From a virus (Duplodnaviria > Heunggongvirae > Uroviricota > Caudoviricetes), in IMG/VR virus record IMGVR_UViG_3300015214_000024, positions 137,787 to 201,786 of that record: a stretch of DNA of 64,000 nt, one strand, 5' to 3'. Shown in pieces: positions 48,764 to 57,892 of the stretch. Below the pieces are notes generated by a model. That model was not told the DNA's origin. It saw only the letters and a list, made by a program, of their open reading frames with translations, and did no database searches. Every line of letters begins with the position of its first letter. The first letter of the stretch is position 1. Both the position numbers and the translations under genes were made by a program.

Positions 48764-49385
48764 ATGCTACGTGGTACACGTTTGATTGAGGGCAAGGAAG
48801 CTCAAACATTTAATGAAGTAATTGATACCTTTCGGAGGTTAGTTCATCCAGTCTGATTTCGAAGAAATCATTGTTCCCAGTATTTGGGAACAAGAAACCT
48901 TTTTGGCCAAAACTGGCCCAGAACTATCTAAACAAATGTGGACCTTTAAGGATAAAGGTGATCGAGACGTTTGTTTGATTCCTGAAGTTACCGGTATTTT
49001 TCAAGAAACTTGGCGTGAAAAATGGTCCAAGTCAATGAAATTCCGTAAAGTGTTTTACGTACAACGCTGTTATAGGTATGAAAGGCCGCAAGCTGGCCGT
49101 TATCGTGAATTTACGCAATTGGGTATTGAAATCCTTGGTAACTATGATAATGGTGATCAAGAGGCTCAAGATTTGTTGAAAGCTGGTCTTGACGCAATTG
49201 GTGTAGAGTATGAATTTGATTCAACCGCGACACGTGGTCTCGGATACTACACTGAGCTTGGTTTTGAAGCTCGTTGCGAATCACTTGGTGCGCAAAAGCA
49301 AGTAGCAGGCGGCGGCCGTTATGCTGAAGGTGTTGGATGGGCTATTGGTGTTGACCGACTGGTTTTAGCTAAAATGAATAAATGA
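48764..49385 (+). CDS. hisS: Minimal histidyl-tRNA synthetase catalytic domain, needs a +1 frameshift near 48842-48856
   Basis: GGAGG SD + MLRGTR in frame 0 (TGA at 48854); +1 frame FEEIIVP, LIPEVT, YRYERPQAGRYREFTQLG.E, RGLGYYT, GGGRY, GWAIGVDRL. Confidence 0.85.
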
Positions 49386-49414
49386 TTATTTTAATTGTAA
49401 TTCTTTTACATATT

Positions 49415-49452
49415 ATAATACCAGTGCCTTATTGGATAAGCACTGGTATTAT
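49415..49452. terminator. Bidirectional hairpin terminator
   Basis: ATAATACCAGTGC...GCACTGGTATTAT between convergent genes. Confidence 0.8.
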
Positions 49453-49477
49453 TAGTTTTTTCCTATCAAAAATTTTA

Positions 49478-50062
49478 TTAGGCATCCTGTTTGACTTTTT
49501 CAATAGTAAAGGTAGAACCAGTTTTTCTACCGTGAATGGTGCCGATGTCTGATATTTTTACACTATATCCTATCGCATTTAAATCTGATTTAAATCTATT
49601 AATCAATTTGGTATAAAGATCAATTCTATTTTCATCCTTATCGGCAGTAAATTCAATTTTATTCGGATGTTCTCGATTGATAAAATCTTTAGCAATTTGA
49701 ATGACTGTACCAAATACCTGAATACTTGATTGACCCATCATTCCGCTGTTTGAAAATCTTGGTCCGTGGACAGCGCTAAATTCTAAATTATAGTCATCGT
49801 CGTCTCCACCATTCATTGGCAGAAAATCTACATTATAGTCCATATTTCCTACTTTAAATTTAGCAGAAGTGTCATAAGTCCATTTGTAATCTACAGCTTC
49901 GTGGAGATCAATCTTCCCACCTGGATTGATTGGCGGATTGCCATTCTTATCAACCTTATTTCCGAATTTTTTTGATTGTTTAGATATTTCGTCAACACCT
50001 ACATCAACGGTTGTATTGACACCTTTCACTATCTTTCCTACTCCAAATTCATATAATCTCAT
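49478..50062 (-). CDS. Hypothetical late protein
   Basis: MRLYE start; ATAAATA motif upstream on the minus strand. Confidence 0.6.
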   Translation of the reverse strand: MRLYEFGVGKIVKGVNTTVDVGVDEISKQSKKFGNKVDKNGNPPINPGGKIDLHEAVDYKWTYDTSAKFKVGNMDYNVDFLPMNGGDDDDYNLEFSAVHGPRFSNSGMMGQSSIQVFGTVIQIAKDFINREHPNKIEFTADKDENRIDLYTKLINRFKSDLNAIGYSVKISDIGTIHGRKTGSTFTIEKVKQDA

Positions 50063-50689
50063 AATTTTAATCCAACGGTAAGGGCGAAAAATTTCGGGTT
50101 GATTTATATGTGATATTTATTGATAACTGATTGATGATGAAGAAATATTATTGAACTTTTCGTTAGATCAGAAGCCTATTTCCCCCTCGAATTTCTTCGA
50201 AAGGGAGAAAAACTTTTCGTTGAGTCGTCAGTTAGCAAATTCAATACCTGCTTTCGCAGTAAGGTGGGAAGCATTTACCTTTAATTTCAATTGGTTTCCG
50301 TGTAGTCAGAGTACACCTTCCGGGATAAAGCACAAAATCATTTGCCAAATTTGTGCTTCATTGTAAGTTGATAAGGTTAGATCAGAGCTTACATCTTGCG
50401 CGCCAGCGTAGCATTTAATACGCCTTATTTTTAACGTGTGCTACCCCCGTAAATCAAGAACAGACAGATCCCCACGTACCTTGCCAACCCAAGGGTGTTC
50501 TGTTGCCAGAACTTACTCATCCCGTCTATGTCCGAGCCAGAGTCTTGCAGAATGTTGGATGTAATTTTTCGAGGATGGGTATTAGTATGGTGTTAGTAAT
50601 ATGTTAGTAGTTCAACCAATATATTATTCATCAATGTTGATGGTCAATTTCTTTTTCAAACACCATAAATATCTTCAAGAGGACAAAAT

Positions 50690-51313
50690 ATGGTCAAACT
50701 TGAAATAAACCAACTACCAAATTATCCAACTCGTAAAATGATACCACTTATGCTTGATGAGGATGGAAAAGAAATCGATCCACCAAAAGCATATCCAATA
50801 CCTGATTTTGAAATAGTTGAAGAAGAGCGTATTACTATTTTGGATCAATCCTATCAACAACTAAATCACAAATTAGCATTGAAGTTAATTCATTTTCTTT
50901 ATGGTCCTGTGGAAATTACCTCAAGATTTACTAAAGGTATGCCAAGTCCTAGGTTGTTTTTTAAAGAATTTCAAAAGAACAATTGGATTGGATATAACCA
51001 ATATGGCAACCCGCTGACACTTTTTACCAGTGATATACAAGGACTCAATAGCACGATTTCAAATCAAATGATTCTGTCAAATTCGTATGTCGTTGATATG
51101 CAGCATCCTTATTGTGAGCAGATAATGCAAGTTAGTAAGGAATATGAAATTTTAAATTGGCCTTGGGCTACTTTGGAAATATCACTCGATTGCGTAAGAA
51201 AAGGTGATCTAATTTTAGGACAGATACAATTGTACGAAATTGATCTTTCTGTGAAATATTATATTGAAATTGACGATATTACACCGTTTACTGCGTACCA
51301 TTTGACACGATAA
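50690..51313 (+). CDS. Hypothetical protein
   Basis: ATAAATA motif and GAGG SD. Confidence 0.6.
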   Translation: MVKLEINQLPNYPTRKMIPLMLDEDGKEIDPPKAYPIPDFEIVEEERITILDQSYQQLNHKLALKLIHFLYGPVEITSRFTKGMPSPRLFFKEFQKNNWIGYNQYGNPLTLFTSDIQGLNSTISNQMILSNSYVVDMQHPYCEQIMQVSKEYEILNWPWATLEISLDCVRKGDLILGQIQLYEIDLSVKYYIEIDDITPFTAYHLTR

Positions 51314-51353
51314 CTTCTATATGTTAGGCTAAAAGCCAATATGGGAGGTTTTT

Positions 51354-52280
51354 ATGTTATTGGAAATGGCGATTGGTGATGCATATGGTATTGGCTTTGA
51401 ATTCTGCAAAACCAATAGTGTAAACGATTTGTCGCGATTTTATCAGCACCCAAAATATTCAAACCTAATACCTGGCCAATATACAGATGATACCCAGCGT
51501 TCTTTAGCTAATGTTATGGTCATCACACGCAAAGATTATCTAAATCAATTTGACTATGCCCAGGCTTATATTGATGAATTTAAGGCCAGCCCTAGGGATG
51601 GTTATTCAAGAAGATTTCAAGCTTTAATTGAATCCTGTAACAATGGATTGGATCTATTAAGCAATGTCCGCCCTACTAAAGATTCCAATGGCTCGATTAT
51701 GGGAGTTGCTCCTGTTGGATATTTGGAGAAAATCAGTGACGTAAAACGTGCCGCAGCGATTCAAGCTATGGTTACTCACAGTTATTCCACAGTACCGTAT
51801 GCTCAAATGATTGCCCTCGCTGCCCATTATTTTCTTTATGATCTTGGATCTAAGGATGATCTTCTTGAATTCATCAACGATCAATTAGATGAACAATATT
51901 TTATAGTTGATGGCCGCCATCCTCTAAAAAATACCTTTTCTGATATTTTCAAAGAATCAGAATATGAGGATATTATCGAAGCTTGTGATATGACTGCACA
52001 AAAGACAGCTTATCATTCCTTATATGCAGTATTGTCATATGACAATTTGGCAGATATGTTGAAACATTGTATTGATGTTGGCGGCGATACTGATTCACTC
52101 GCGGCCTTGTCTATGGCCATAGGATCAAGTTCTAAAGAGATTGAAAACAACTTGCCCAAGCATTTATACGATACCTTGGAAAATGGAACCCGTGGTAGAG
52201 ATTATATTGACAGTCTTGACAATGTCTTGAATAACGTATATTTCCCTAATACGTGGAAAGCTCGCCAAACGAAAAAATAA
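51354..52280 (+). CDS. ADP-ribosylglycohydrolase (DraG/ARH family)
   Basis: AIGDAYG..FEF, YTDDTQ, NGSIM...P, VTH, GGDTDS.AA. Confidence 0.92.
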   Translation: MLLEMAIGDAYGIGFEFCKTNSVNDLSRFYQHPKYSNLIPGQYTDDTQRSLANVMVITRKDYLNQFDYAQAYIDEFKASPRDGYSRRFQALIESCNNGLDLLSNVRPTKDSNGSIMGVAPVGYLEKISDVKRAAAIQAMVTHSYSTVPYAQMIALAAHYFLYDLGSKDDLLEFINDQLDEQYFIVDGRHPLKNTFSDIFKESEYEDIIEACDMTAQKTAYHSLYAVLSYDNLADMLKHCIDVGGDTDSLAALSMAIGSSSKEIENNLPKHLYDTLENGTRGRDYIDSLDNVLNNVYFPNTWKARQTKK

Positions 52281-52292
52281 TTGGAGAATAAT

Positions 52293-52913
52293 ATGACACC
52301 TTTCGAGAAAAAACTTCTTACTCTCCGCCAACAGCTTATTGGTGCCCGATATTACAATGCTCTTACGGCATTGGATTTTGCAATGGCTTACCACACTGGT
52401 ACTCGAAAGGATGGCGTCACTCCTGAATTTCAACATCAGGTCGAAATTGCACTATATGCGCTAACGCTTGCTGATGTAAAATATCGTGAAGAAGTGATCG
52501 CTACTATTATGCTTCACGATGTTCGCGAAGACTATAGTATTACTGATTATGAAATTGCTCATCTTTTTGACAGCAATGAATTTACTCTTCGAGTAAACCA
52601 AGCTGTGGAAAATATGACCAAAGAATGGCGCGGCATTAAAAAGGATGAAGCTCAGCTTTTTGAAGCAATGGCCATTGATCCTATTGCCAGTATTGCCAAA
52701 GGCTGTGACCGAATTCATAATTTGGGATCAATGGTCGGAGTTTTTAAAATTGAGAAACAGAAGGCTTATTTGGAAGAAGTTGACCGGTTATTCATACCGA
52801 TGCTAAAAACAGCTCGAAAGAAATTTGCATATCAGCATAATGCATATATGAATATTCTTCATATGATGCGTAGCCAATGTGATCTCATTAGAGCGATTCA
52901 TGAAGCCACCTAA
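52293..52913 (+). CDS. HD-domain hydrolase (RelA/SpoT hydrolase/Mesh1-like)
   Basis: A..YHTG.RKDG.TP...H, LHDVRED, K..DRIHN. Confidence 0.85.
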   Translation: MTPFEKKLLTLRQQLIGARYYNALTALDFAMAYHTGTRKDGVTPEFQHQVEIALYALTLADVKYREEVIATIMLHDVREDYSITDYEIAHLFDSNEFTLRVNQAVENMTKEWRGIKKDEAQLFEAMAIDPIASIAKGCDRIHNLGSMVGVFKIEKQKAYLEEVDRLFIPMLKTARKKFAYQHNAYMNILHMMRSQCDLIRAIHEAT

Positions 52914-53142
52914 ATCAGTAGTTTTTATCTGGAAAAAGTACGGCGTCCTGCGCAATAAAAATTGTGGTGATTCGTGGTTTGCTCGATTTGAGTTTGGAAG
53001 TAAAACTTACCCCTATGTTGAAGAACTTCGATTCTTTAAAGACAGATCAGAACGTGATGCTTTTATAAAGGAACAAAATCGATTGATCAAGATTTATGGT
53101 CACGATGAATATTACAATCTGTATCGGAATTTAATCAAATGA
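52900..53142 (+). CDS. Hypothetical protein
   Basis: Overlaps the upstream stop region. Confidence 0.45.
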   Translation: MKPPKSVVFIWKKYGVLRNKNCGDSWFARFEFGSKTYPYVEELRFFKDRSERDAFIKEQNRLIKIYGHDEYYNLYRNLIK

Positions 53143-53334
53143 ATGCTATAATATGTCTAGGATTATATAGCTTGATTATGGTCACATTGGCGGACTTTGT
53201 TGAATTTGAGCTCACGTTGATAGATATACTTTGGCCAATATCGATACCATACCGCTTGATAAATTATTATTTCGGCAAGCCTATCAATATGGAAAATTTT
53301 TTTCTAAGAAAGTGAAAAAAGTTTAAAAAAGTGG

Positions 53335-53363
53335 TTGACTCCGGACTAAATACATTATATAAA
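53335..53363 (+). promoter_or_regulatory. Sigma70-like promoter of tRNA cluster 2
   Basis: TTGACT-17 nt-TATAAA with A tracts upstream; spacer CGGACTAAATA as at 42244. Confidence 0.72.
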
Positions 53364-53408
53364 GTATAAATAACTTTGTAGAAACTTTTATAGGAAAGTG
53401 AATTTAAA

Positions 53409-53495
53409 ATGTTAAACCTAGTACTCAATCCAGTTAATTTGTTAGGACTCAATCCTAATCAATTGCCTGTGGGTGACTCGGGGACAGCATTTTAA
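53409..53495 (+). CDS. Attenuator leader peptide MLNLVLNPVNLLGLNPNQLPVGDSGTAF (Leu/Asn/Pro-rich)
   Basis: AGGAAAG upstream; 15 of codons 2-20 are L/N/P; followed by a terminator and Leu/Asn/Pro tRNAs. Confidence 0.82.
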   Translation: MLNLVLNPVNLLGLNPNQLPVGDSGTAF

Positions 53496-53524
53496 AATCT
53501 AAATAAAAGATTTAAATGAAGGTT

Positions 53525-53557
53525 ACCCCGGGAAACGCAAGTTTACCCGGGTTTTTT
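53525..53557 (+). terminator. Attenuator terminator of cluster 2
   Basis: CCCGGGAAAC-gcaa-GTTTACCCGGG-TTTTTT; GGGTGACTCGGGG (53471) in the leader can pair with GTTACCCCGGG. Confidence 0.85.
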
Positions 53558-53567
53558 ATTGCTTACA

Positions 53568-53690
53568 AGAGTTTAGTTTAGAGTGTGGTGAAATGGTAAA
53601 CACGGGCGGCTAATAACCGCCCCCCACAGAGGAAACGAGCATTTAAATGAACGTTGCTGGTTCGAGTCCAGCCACTCAAAACTAAACTTT
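53568..53690 (+). ncRNA. tRNA-like RNA: loop CTAATAA (AAT), oversized variable region, extended acceptor, no CCA
   Basis: AGAGTTTAGTTT/AAACTAAACTTT flanks; GGCGG-CTAATAA-CCGCC; GCTGG-TTCGAGT-CCAGC. Confidence 0.65.
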
Positions 53691-53707
53691 TTGATTTGGA
53701 TTGAACA

Positions 53708-54238
53708 ATGATTGATATTGAACAATATATTCGTTTACCGTTAAATGAGCGCCAAGCACATTTGAAATTGGAAGAAAATTGTATTGTTCGTGGCGGCCCT
53801 AAAGATGGTGGTTTATCATCGTATTGTAAGGGTTTGATGGCTCATATATTGGATACGACAATACCATCTGGTATGAAGATACATATTTGTCACGCTTGCC
53901 ATAATAAACATTGTTCAAATCCAAAACATTTATATTGGGGTACTGCTAAAGAAAATGCTATTGACAACTATAATAACGGTGCTAAAACAGCCCGTGAACG
54001 TACAATAGAAAAATATGGCATTGAAAAGGCAAATGAAATTTTTAAATTAAATTCAACCTTGGCAGCGGCTAAAGGAGGAAGAAAAGGAAAAGGAAAACCA
54101 AAAAGTGATCATCATCGGTTAGCTTTATCAAATGCTGGTAAAGGAACTGTATGGTTTAACAACGGTTTTAAAAATTTAAAAATTAAGATAGGTGGTCAAA
54201 TTCCGGAAGGGTTTGTTCAAGGAATGATTAAAAAATAA
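53708..54238 (+). CDS. HNH-type homing endonuclease
   Basis: ICHACHNKHCSNPKHLYWGT.KEN..D; NUMOD-like tail. Confidence 0.82.
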   Translation: MIDIEQYIRLPLNERQAHLKLEENCIVRGGPKDGGLSSYCKGLMAHILDTTIPSGMKIHICHACHNKHCSNPKHLYWGTAKENAIDNYNNGAKTARERTIEKYGIEKANEIFKLNSTLAAAKGGRKGKGKPKSDHHRLALSNAGKGTVWFNNGFKNLKIKIGGQIPEGFVQGMIKK

Positions 54239-54243
54239 TATAT

Positions 54244-54325
54244 GGGGCTGTGGCTAATGCGAATGGTACAGCTAATAGTTTTAGAAACTATGCTTTTGAG
54301 AGTTCGAGTCTCTCCAGCCCTACCA
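54244..54325 (+). tRNA. tRNA-Leu(TAG), short variable region
   Basis: ATAGT-TTTAGAA-ACTAT; GGGGCTG/CAGCCCT-A-CCA. Confidence 0.82.
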
Positions 54326-54439
54326 GTTTAATTACTGATGCTATTTGACATTGTTGATTGATTTATGTTACTGGTAGGACCTAAAAGATCCTATCAGTGC
54401 CAGGAAGGTAACGGGTAGTGCTGACTACTTCCTGGATTT

Positions 54440-54513
54440 GCTCCTGTAGCCCAAATGGAAGAGGCGGCAGTTTCAAACACTGTACAGTGTGAGTTCGAGT
54501 CTCACCAGGAGCA
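54440..54513 (+). tRNA. tRNA-Leu(CAA), short variable region
   Basis: GCAGT-TTCAAAC-ACTGT; GCTCCTG/CAGGAGC-A. Confidence 0.82.
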
Positions 54514-54517
54514 CAAG

Positions 54518-54615
54518 ATGATGGTTTAGTCAGGGGTTAGCTCAATTGGTAGAGCACCTGGTCTGGAGCCAGGGGGTTGGGAGTTCAAGTCTCCTGCTCC
54601 TGACTAAACCATCAT
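54518..54615 (+). ncRNA. tRNA-Pro(TGG)-like RNA with a 13-bp acceptor extension, C33, no CCA
   Basis: ATGATGGTTTAGT/ACTAAACCATCAT; CCTGG-TCTGGAG-CCAGG. Confidence 0.7.
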
Positions 54616-54623
54616 ACTTAAAT

Positions 54624-54699
54624 GCGGTTGTGGGCAAAAGGTAAAGTCGGCAAACTTAAAATTTGTGTCATATTGTGGGTTCGAGTCCCACCTACCGCA
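54624..54699 (+). tRNA. tRNA-Leu(TAA), short variable region
   Basis: GCAAA-CTTAAAA-TTTGT; GTGGG-TTCGAGT-CCCAC. Confidence 0.8.
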
Positions 54700-54952
54700 C
54701 AAAAAGATGAAAAAGGCGTTGACAACGTTTTAACATCAAGTTAATATGCGAAACAAGAAACGTACTTAACAGTAAGTTTTTCGTTTAGTGGTATTTCTTT
54801 AATAGCCCTAATAGGCTGGGATTACGGAACGCTATGTTGAAGGACATAACTCGGAAATCCCCGTGTGAGGCGGTCATCCAAAGTGGTAGTCGAATTATGG
54901 TTGGAAGAAACGGAATGTAAGGACCACCGAAATGGTGCAAGGCCATTATAAC

Positions 54953-55027
54953 CGGGGATTAGCTCAGCCGGGTCAGAGCGCCTGCTTTGGGAGCAGGAAG
55001 TCGTAGGTTCGAATCCTACATTCCCGA
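54953..55027 (+). tRNA. tRNA-Pro(TGG)
   Basis: CCTGC-TTTGGGA-GCAGG; CGGGGAT/ATTCCCG-A. Confidence 0.9.
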
Positions 55028-55184
55028 CAATATTAAGCAATGCTGTCATTAAGTAGTAATATTTTTTGATAGGAAAGGCAGCCATTATGGCGGTAAGCTG
55101 GATATATCCATTAACTCAATCATTTGGGTGTGGAATAGCCCGAGCAGAAGTTGGGATCAGGTCCAACCGTTGTTTAATATTAAT

Positions 55185-55268
55185 GCCCTAGTGGTGAAAT
55201 TGGTAGACACACTAGATTTAGGTTCTAGCGCCAAAAGCGTGGGGGTTCGAGTCCCTCCTAGGGCACCA
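55185..55268 (+). tRNA. tRNA-Leu(TAG)
   Basis: CTAGA-TTTAGGT-TCTAG, long variable arm, CCA. Confidence 0.93.
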
Positions 55269-55272
55269 AAAG

Positions 55273-55935
55273 ATGGAGACGAGAATGGAAATTCTTAAAT
55301 TGAAGAATCCTTATCTAAATGGATTTAGTGATGAAAACGATCCAGTTGCTCTGCAATATTTAGATAAGCTGAAAGCGATTAAGGAAGCATTATCATCAGG
55401 CCGCCTCTATTGCCAATATATAGATGGCGATAGAAAAGGATCAATTGCAAAATTGATCCCAGATCCTGCCTATTCTCATATTGAGGATCGCGCGCCATCT
55501 ATTCGATATTCAAGTTCGCACTTTCAAAAAGGTCCTTGGTATCGATTTGAGAATGATATGTTTTTTATGATTGCGACTTGGAATGGCCGCAAGAATAAAG
55601 TTAAAGAAACTTGGTCATATTATAGTCAATTTGAATTTATTATTGGCGATGATATAGAAACTGTATGGCAAAAGTTTGATGCACAAACGGCTAAAGAAGA
55701 AGTACTCAAGAACCCCAATCAAAAGGATATTGATGGTAATGTTCTCAATGTCGGTGATGCAGTAATGTTTGTTAATGCACGTTATGGCTCACGAATGGTA
55801 CTTGAACGTGGCAGAATTAAAGAATTTAAAGTAGTGGTTGATTCGAAGAAAACTTCTATTTCAACTGTTATTGAGAATAGCGAAGGTGCTTTAAGTACAT
55901 TATCATATCCAGAAGATATGGTTTGTAAAATTTAA
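55273..55935 (+). CDS. Hypothetical phage protein
   Basis: 220-aa ORF between tRNAs; DIDGNVLNVGD.V motif. Confidence 0.65.
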   Translation: METRMEILKLKNPYLNGFSDENDPVALQYLDKLKAIKEALSSGRLYCQYIDGDRKGSIAKLIPDPAYSHIEDRAPSIRYSSSHFQKGPWYRFENDMFFMIATWNGRKNKVKETWSYYSQFEFIIGDDIETVWQKFDAQTAKEEVLKNPNQKDIDGNVLNVGDAVMFVNARYGSRMVLERGRIKEFKVVVDSKKTSISTVIENSEGALSTLSYPEDMVCKI

Positions 55936-55938
55936 AAT

Positions 55939-56024
55939 GCGGTTATGGTGGAATGGCAGACACACTATCTTGAGGGGGTAGCGAGAGAAATCTCATAAGG
56001 GTTCAAGTCCCTTTAACCGCACCA
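55939..56024 (+). tRNA. tRNA-Leu(GAG)
   Basis: CTATC-TTGAGGG-GGTAG, long variable arm, CCA. Confidence 0.92.
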
Positions 56025-56255
56025 AAAAGAACGTTGCGAGTAGCTATCGCATAGTTAGGCTGATATCCTGATGAAGAATCCAGTTAGCCCTGGAAAAACT
56101 ATCCCTGACTTGGAAAGCTGGTTGACATAACATATAATGTCACGTATTGGGATTTATACGATAAATTGAGCCGTGGAGGTGAGCGTTGATCTAGCTGATC
56201 TAAAGTAGGCTAGGGAGTGATCGGACCCGTGAAGCGGACAATTAAATCCCAACAT

Positions 56256-56332
56256 CTGGAAGTAGCGCAGCCTGGTAGCGTACCTCATTTGGAGTGAGGG
56301 GGTCGGAGGTTCAAATCCTCTCTTCCAGACCA
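56256..56332 (+). tRNA. tRNA-Pro(TGG)
   Basis: CCTCA-TTTGGAG-TGAGG; CTGGAAG/CTTCCAG-A-CCA. Confidence 0.92.
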
Positions 56333-56340
56333 ATTATTGT

Positions 56341-56455
56341 GCGGATGTAGCTTAATGGGTTGGTCGAGCTAGATAAGACCAAACTTAGTGGCCACTAAGT
56401 AAAGCGGCAGGTAGTTAACCTGGAGAAGGTGGTTCGATTCCATCCATCCGAGCCA
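56341..56455 (+). tRNA. tRNA-Asn(GTT)-like RNA with a ~40-nt two-hairpin D-loop insertion
   Basis: CGGATG/CATCCG, GCTT...AAGC D stem, CAGG-TAGTTAA-CCTG, ends GCCA. Confidence 0.7.
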
Positions 56456-56495
56456 AAAAGAAATTGAACATATTTTGTTTGTGTGGGTAAAAGCA

Positions 56496-56523
56496 TTGAC
56501 AACGTTAGTATTGCCTCTATAAT
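56496..56523 (+). promoter_or_regulatory. Consensus sigma70-like promoter inside cluster 2
   Basis: TTGACA-16 nt-TATAAT, embedded in a hairpin ACAACGT/ACGTTGT. Confidence 0.55.
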
Positions 56524-56590
56524 CTAGACGTTGTGTGGGTTCAAGTCCCTGAGGAGGCTTCAGCTTTTTAACAGCAAATATGTCAATCAT

Positions 56591-56667
56591 TCCCCTGGGG
56601 TCCTATCGGTAGGGACGCCTGACTGTTAATCAGGTTGCTGTAGGTTCGAATCCTACCAGGGGAGCCA
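56591..56667 (+). tRNA. tRNA-Asn(GTT)
   Basis: CCTGA-CTGTTAA-TCAGG; TCCCCTG/CAGGGGA-G-CCA. Confidence 0.93.
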
Positions 56668-56896
56668 ATTAGAAATTCAAACTAATGATTAATTAGGAAA
56701 CTTGCCAATGGGTCGACACAGACGCAAGGATAATTTTTAAAAATTAGGGAGATAGGAGAAGTCCTGGGCGGGCGCCAACCTTTATGGCTAGCCGGCGCGA
56801 ATATAGGGTTCAATTCCTTATAGTGGAAAACAAAGTCGTGTTTTTCATCCTTGGGCAGGGTAGGTTCAATTCCTCGCTTCTCTGAACGCAACATAT

Positions 56897-56973
56897 TCCC
56901 AATGGGCCCTATTGGCAGGGGCACGACGCTGTTAACGTCGACGCTGTAGGTTCGAATCCTACATTGGGAGCCA
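56897..56973 (+). tRNA. tRNA-Asn(GTT)
   Basis: CGACG-CTGTTAA-CGTCG; TCCCAAT/ATTGGGA-G-CCA. Confidence 0.93.
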
Positions 56974-56987
56974 ATTTGAGGTATGAT

Positions 56988-57410
56988 ATGAATTACAAAG
57001 GACATAAAGATAAAATTTATATTTGTGAAAATTGTTTTTCTGAAATAGCCTTCAAAGGCTATTCAAACAAGCACCGATTTTGTGATATGAAATGTGCTGG
57101 TGAATTTAAAGTTAAGGAAACTAAAGATAAAAATTTAAAATTATTCCTTCAAGGTAAATTAACGCGCAGGGATAGAATTTATGAAATATTAGTTGAACGC
57201 GATGGTAATTGCTGTTCTGTTTGTAAAATTACCGAATGGAATGGTAAAGAAATTCGTTTATGGGTTGACCATATTGACGGAAATGCTACCAATAATTCAC
57301 CGAATAATTTTAGACTGATTTGTCCAAATTGTGATTCACAAAGTGAAACTTTTGGAGCCAAGAATCGAGGCAATGGAAGAAAATCAAAAGGATTACCGCA
57401 ATATGGGTAA
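56988..57410 (+). CDS. HNH endonuclease
   Basis: CSVC..W, VDHIDGNATNN...NFRLICPNCDSQ. Confidence 0.88.
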   Translation: MNYKGHKDKIYICENCFSEIAFKGYSNKHRFCDMKCAGEFKVKETKDKNLKLFLQGKLTRRDRIYEILVERDGNCCSVCKITEWNGKEIRLWVDHIDGNATNNSPNNFRLICPNCDSQSETFGAKNRGNGRKSKGLPQYG

Positions 57411-57413
57411 TAT

Positions 57414-57488
57414 TCCGGAGTAACTCAATGGTAGAGTAACTGGCTGTTAACCAGTAAGTTGGGGGTTCGAGTCCCTCCTCCGGAGCCA
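57414..57488 (+). tRNA. tRNA-Asn(GTT)
   Basis: ACTGG-CTGTTAA-CCAGT; TCCGGAG/CTCCGGA-G-CCA. Confidence 0.93.
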
Positions 57489-57610
57489 TTAAAGTTTAGG
57501 CAAAAAGAGAAGGCGGTTAAATTCCGTCTAGGCGAGAGATCAAGGGCCCATTTATGGAGGTCTTGGCGAGAGAATATAGCATAATGTTAATGTGCTTTTT
57601 GTCTTACCAT

Positions 57611-57882
57611 TTTGGTATAGTGTAAAGGAAAAGTTCAGTAAGTTGCTGAAAAGTTTCTAATAAGCTTATCGGAGAATAGTGAAAGTATTAACAGTAGCAA
57701 ACGCAAAGGCTATAAAAACCGTGAGCTTGGGAAGGGCAAGACAGGCTGTTAATATGGAAACTGGGATTTGATAAGTGGATGATTAACTTAGTAAGTAGGT
57801 GAAAGGCTTAGTACGTGGTAGCACGCCGGCATAGCACTTGCGTTTTGGAGCCGGAAGTGAGGTTCGAGCCCTCTTACCAGAG
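57611..57882 (+). ncRNA. tRNA-Gln-like scaffold with a ~190-nt D-loop insertion and expanded anticodon loop
   Basis: TTTGGTA-TAGTGTAA ... GGTAGCAC-G-CCGGC-(19 nt ending TTTTGGA)-GCCGG, GAGG-TTCGAGC-CCTC, TACCAGA-G. Confidence 0.55.
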
Positions 57883-57892
57883 CTAATAGAAA

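Noticed and set aside
48903-49385. 160-aa TTG-start HisRS as given in the ORF track
   Set aside because: It lacks motif 1 and an SD; the SD/ATG at 48764 in another frame supplies the missing N-terminus
50120-50650. RNase P RNA or tmRNA call
   Set aside because: GAGGAAAGUCC, tag reading frame and tRNA-like end hallmarks were not recognised; left as unassigned
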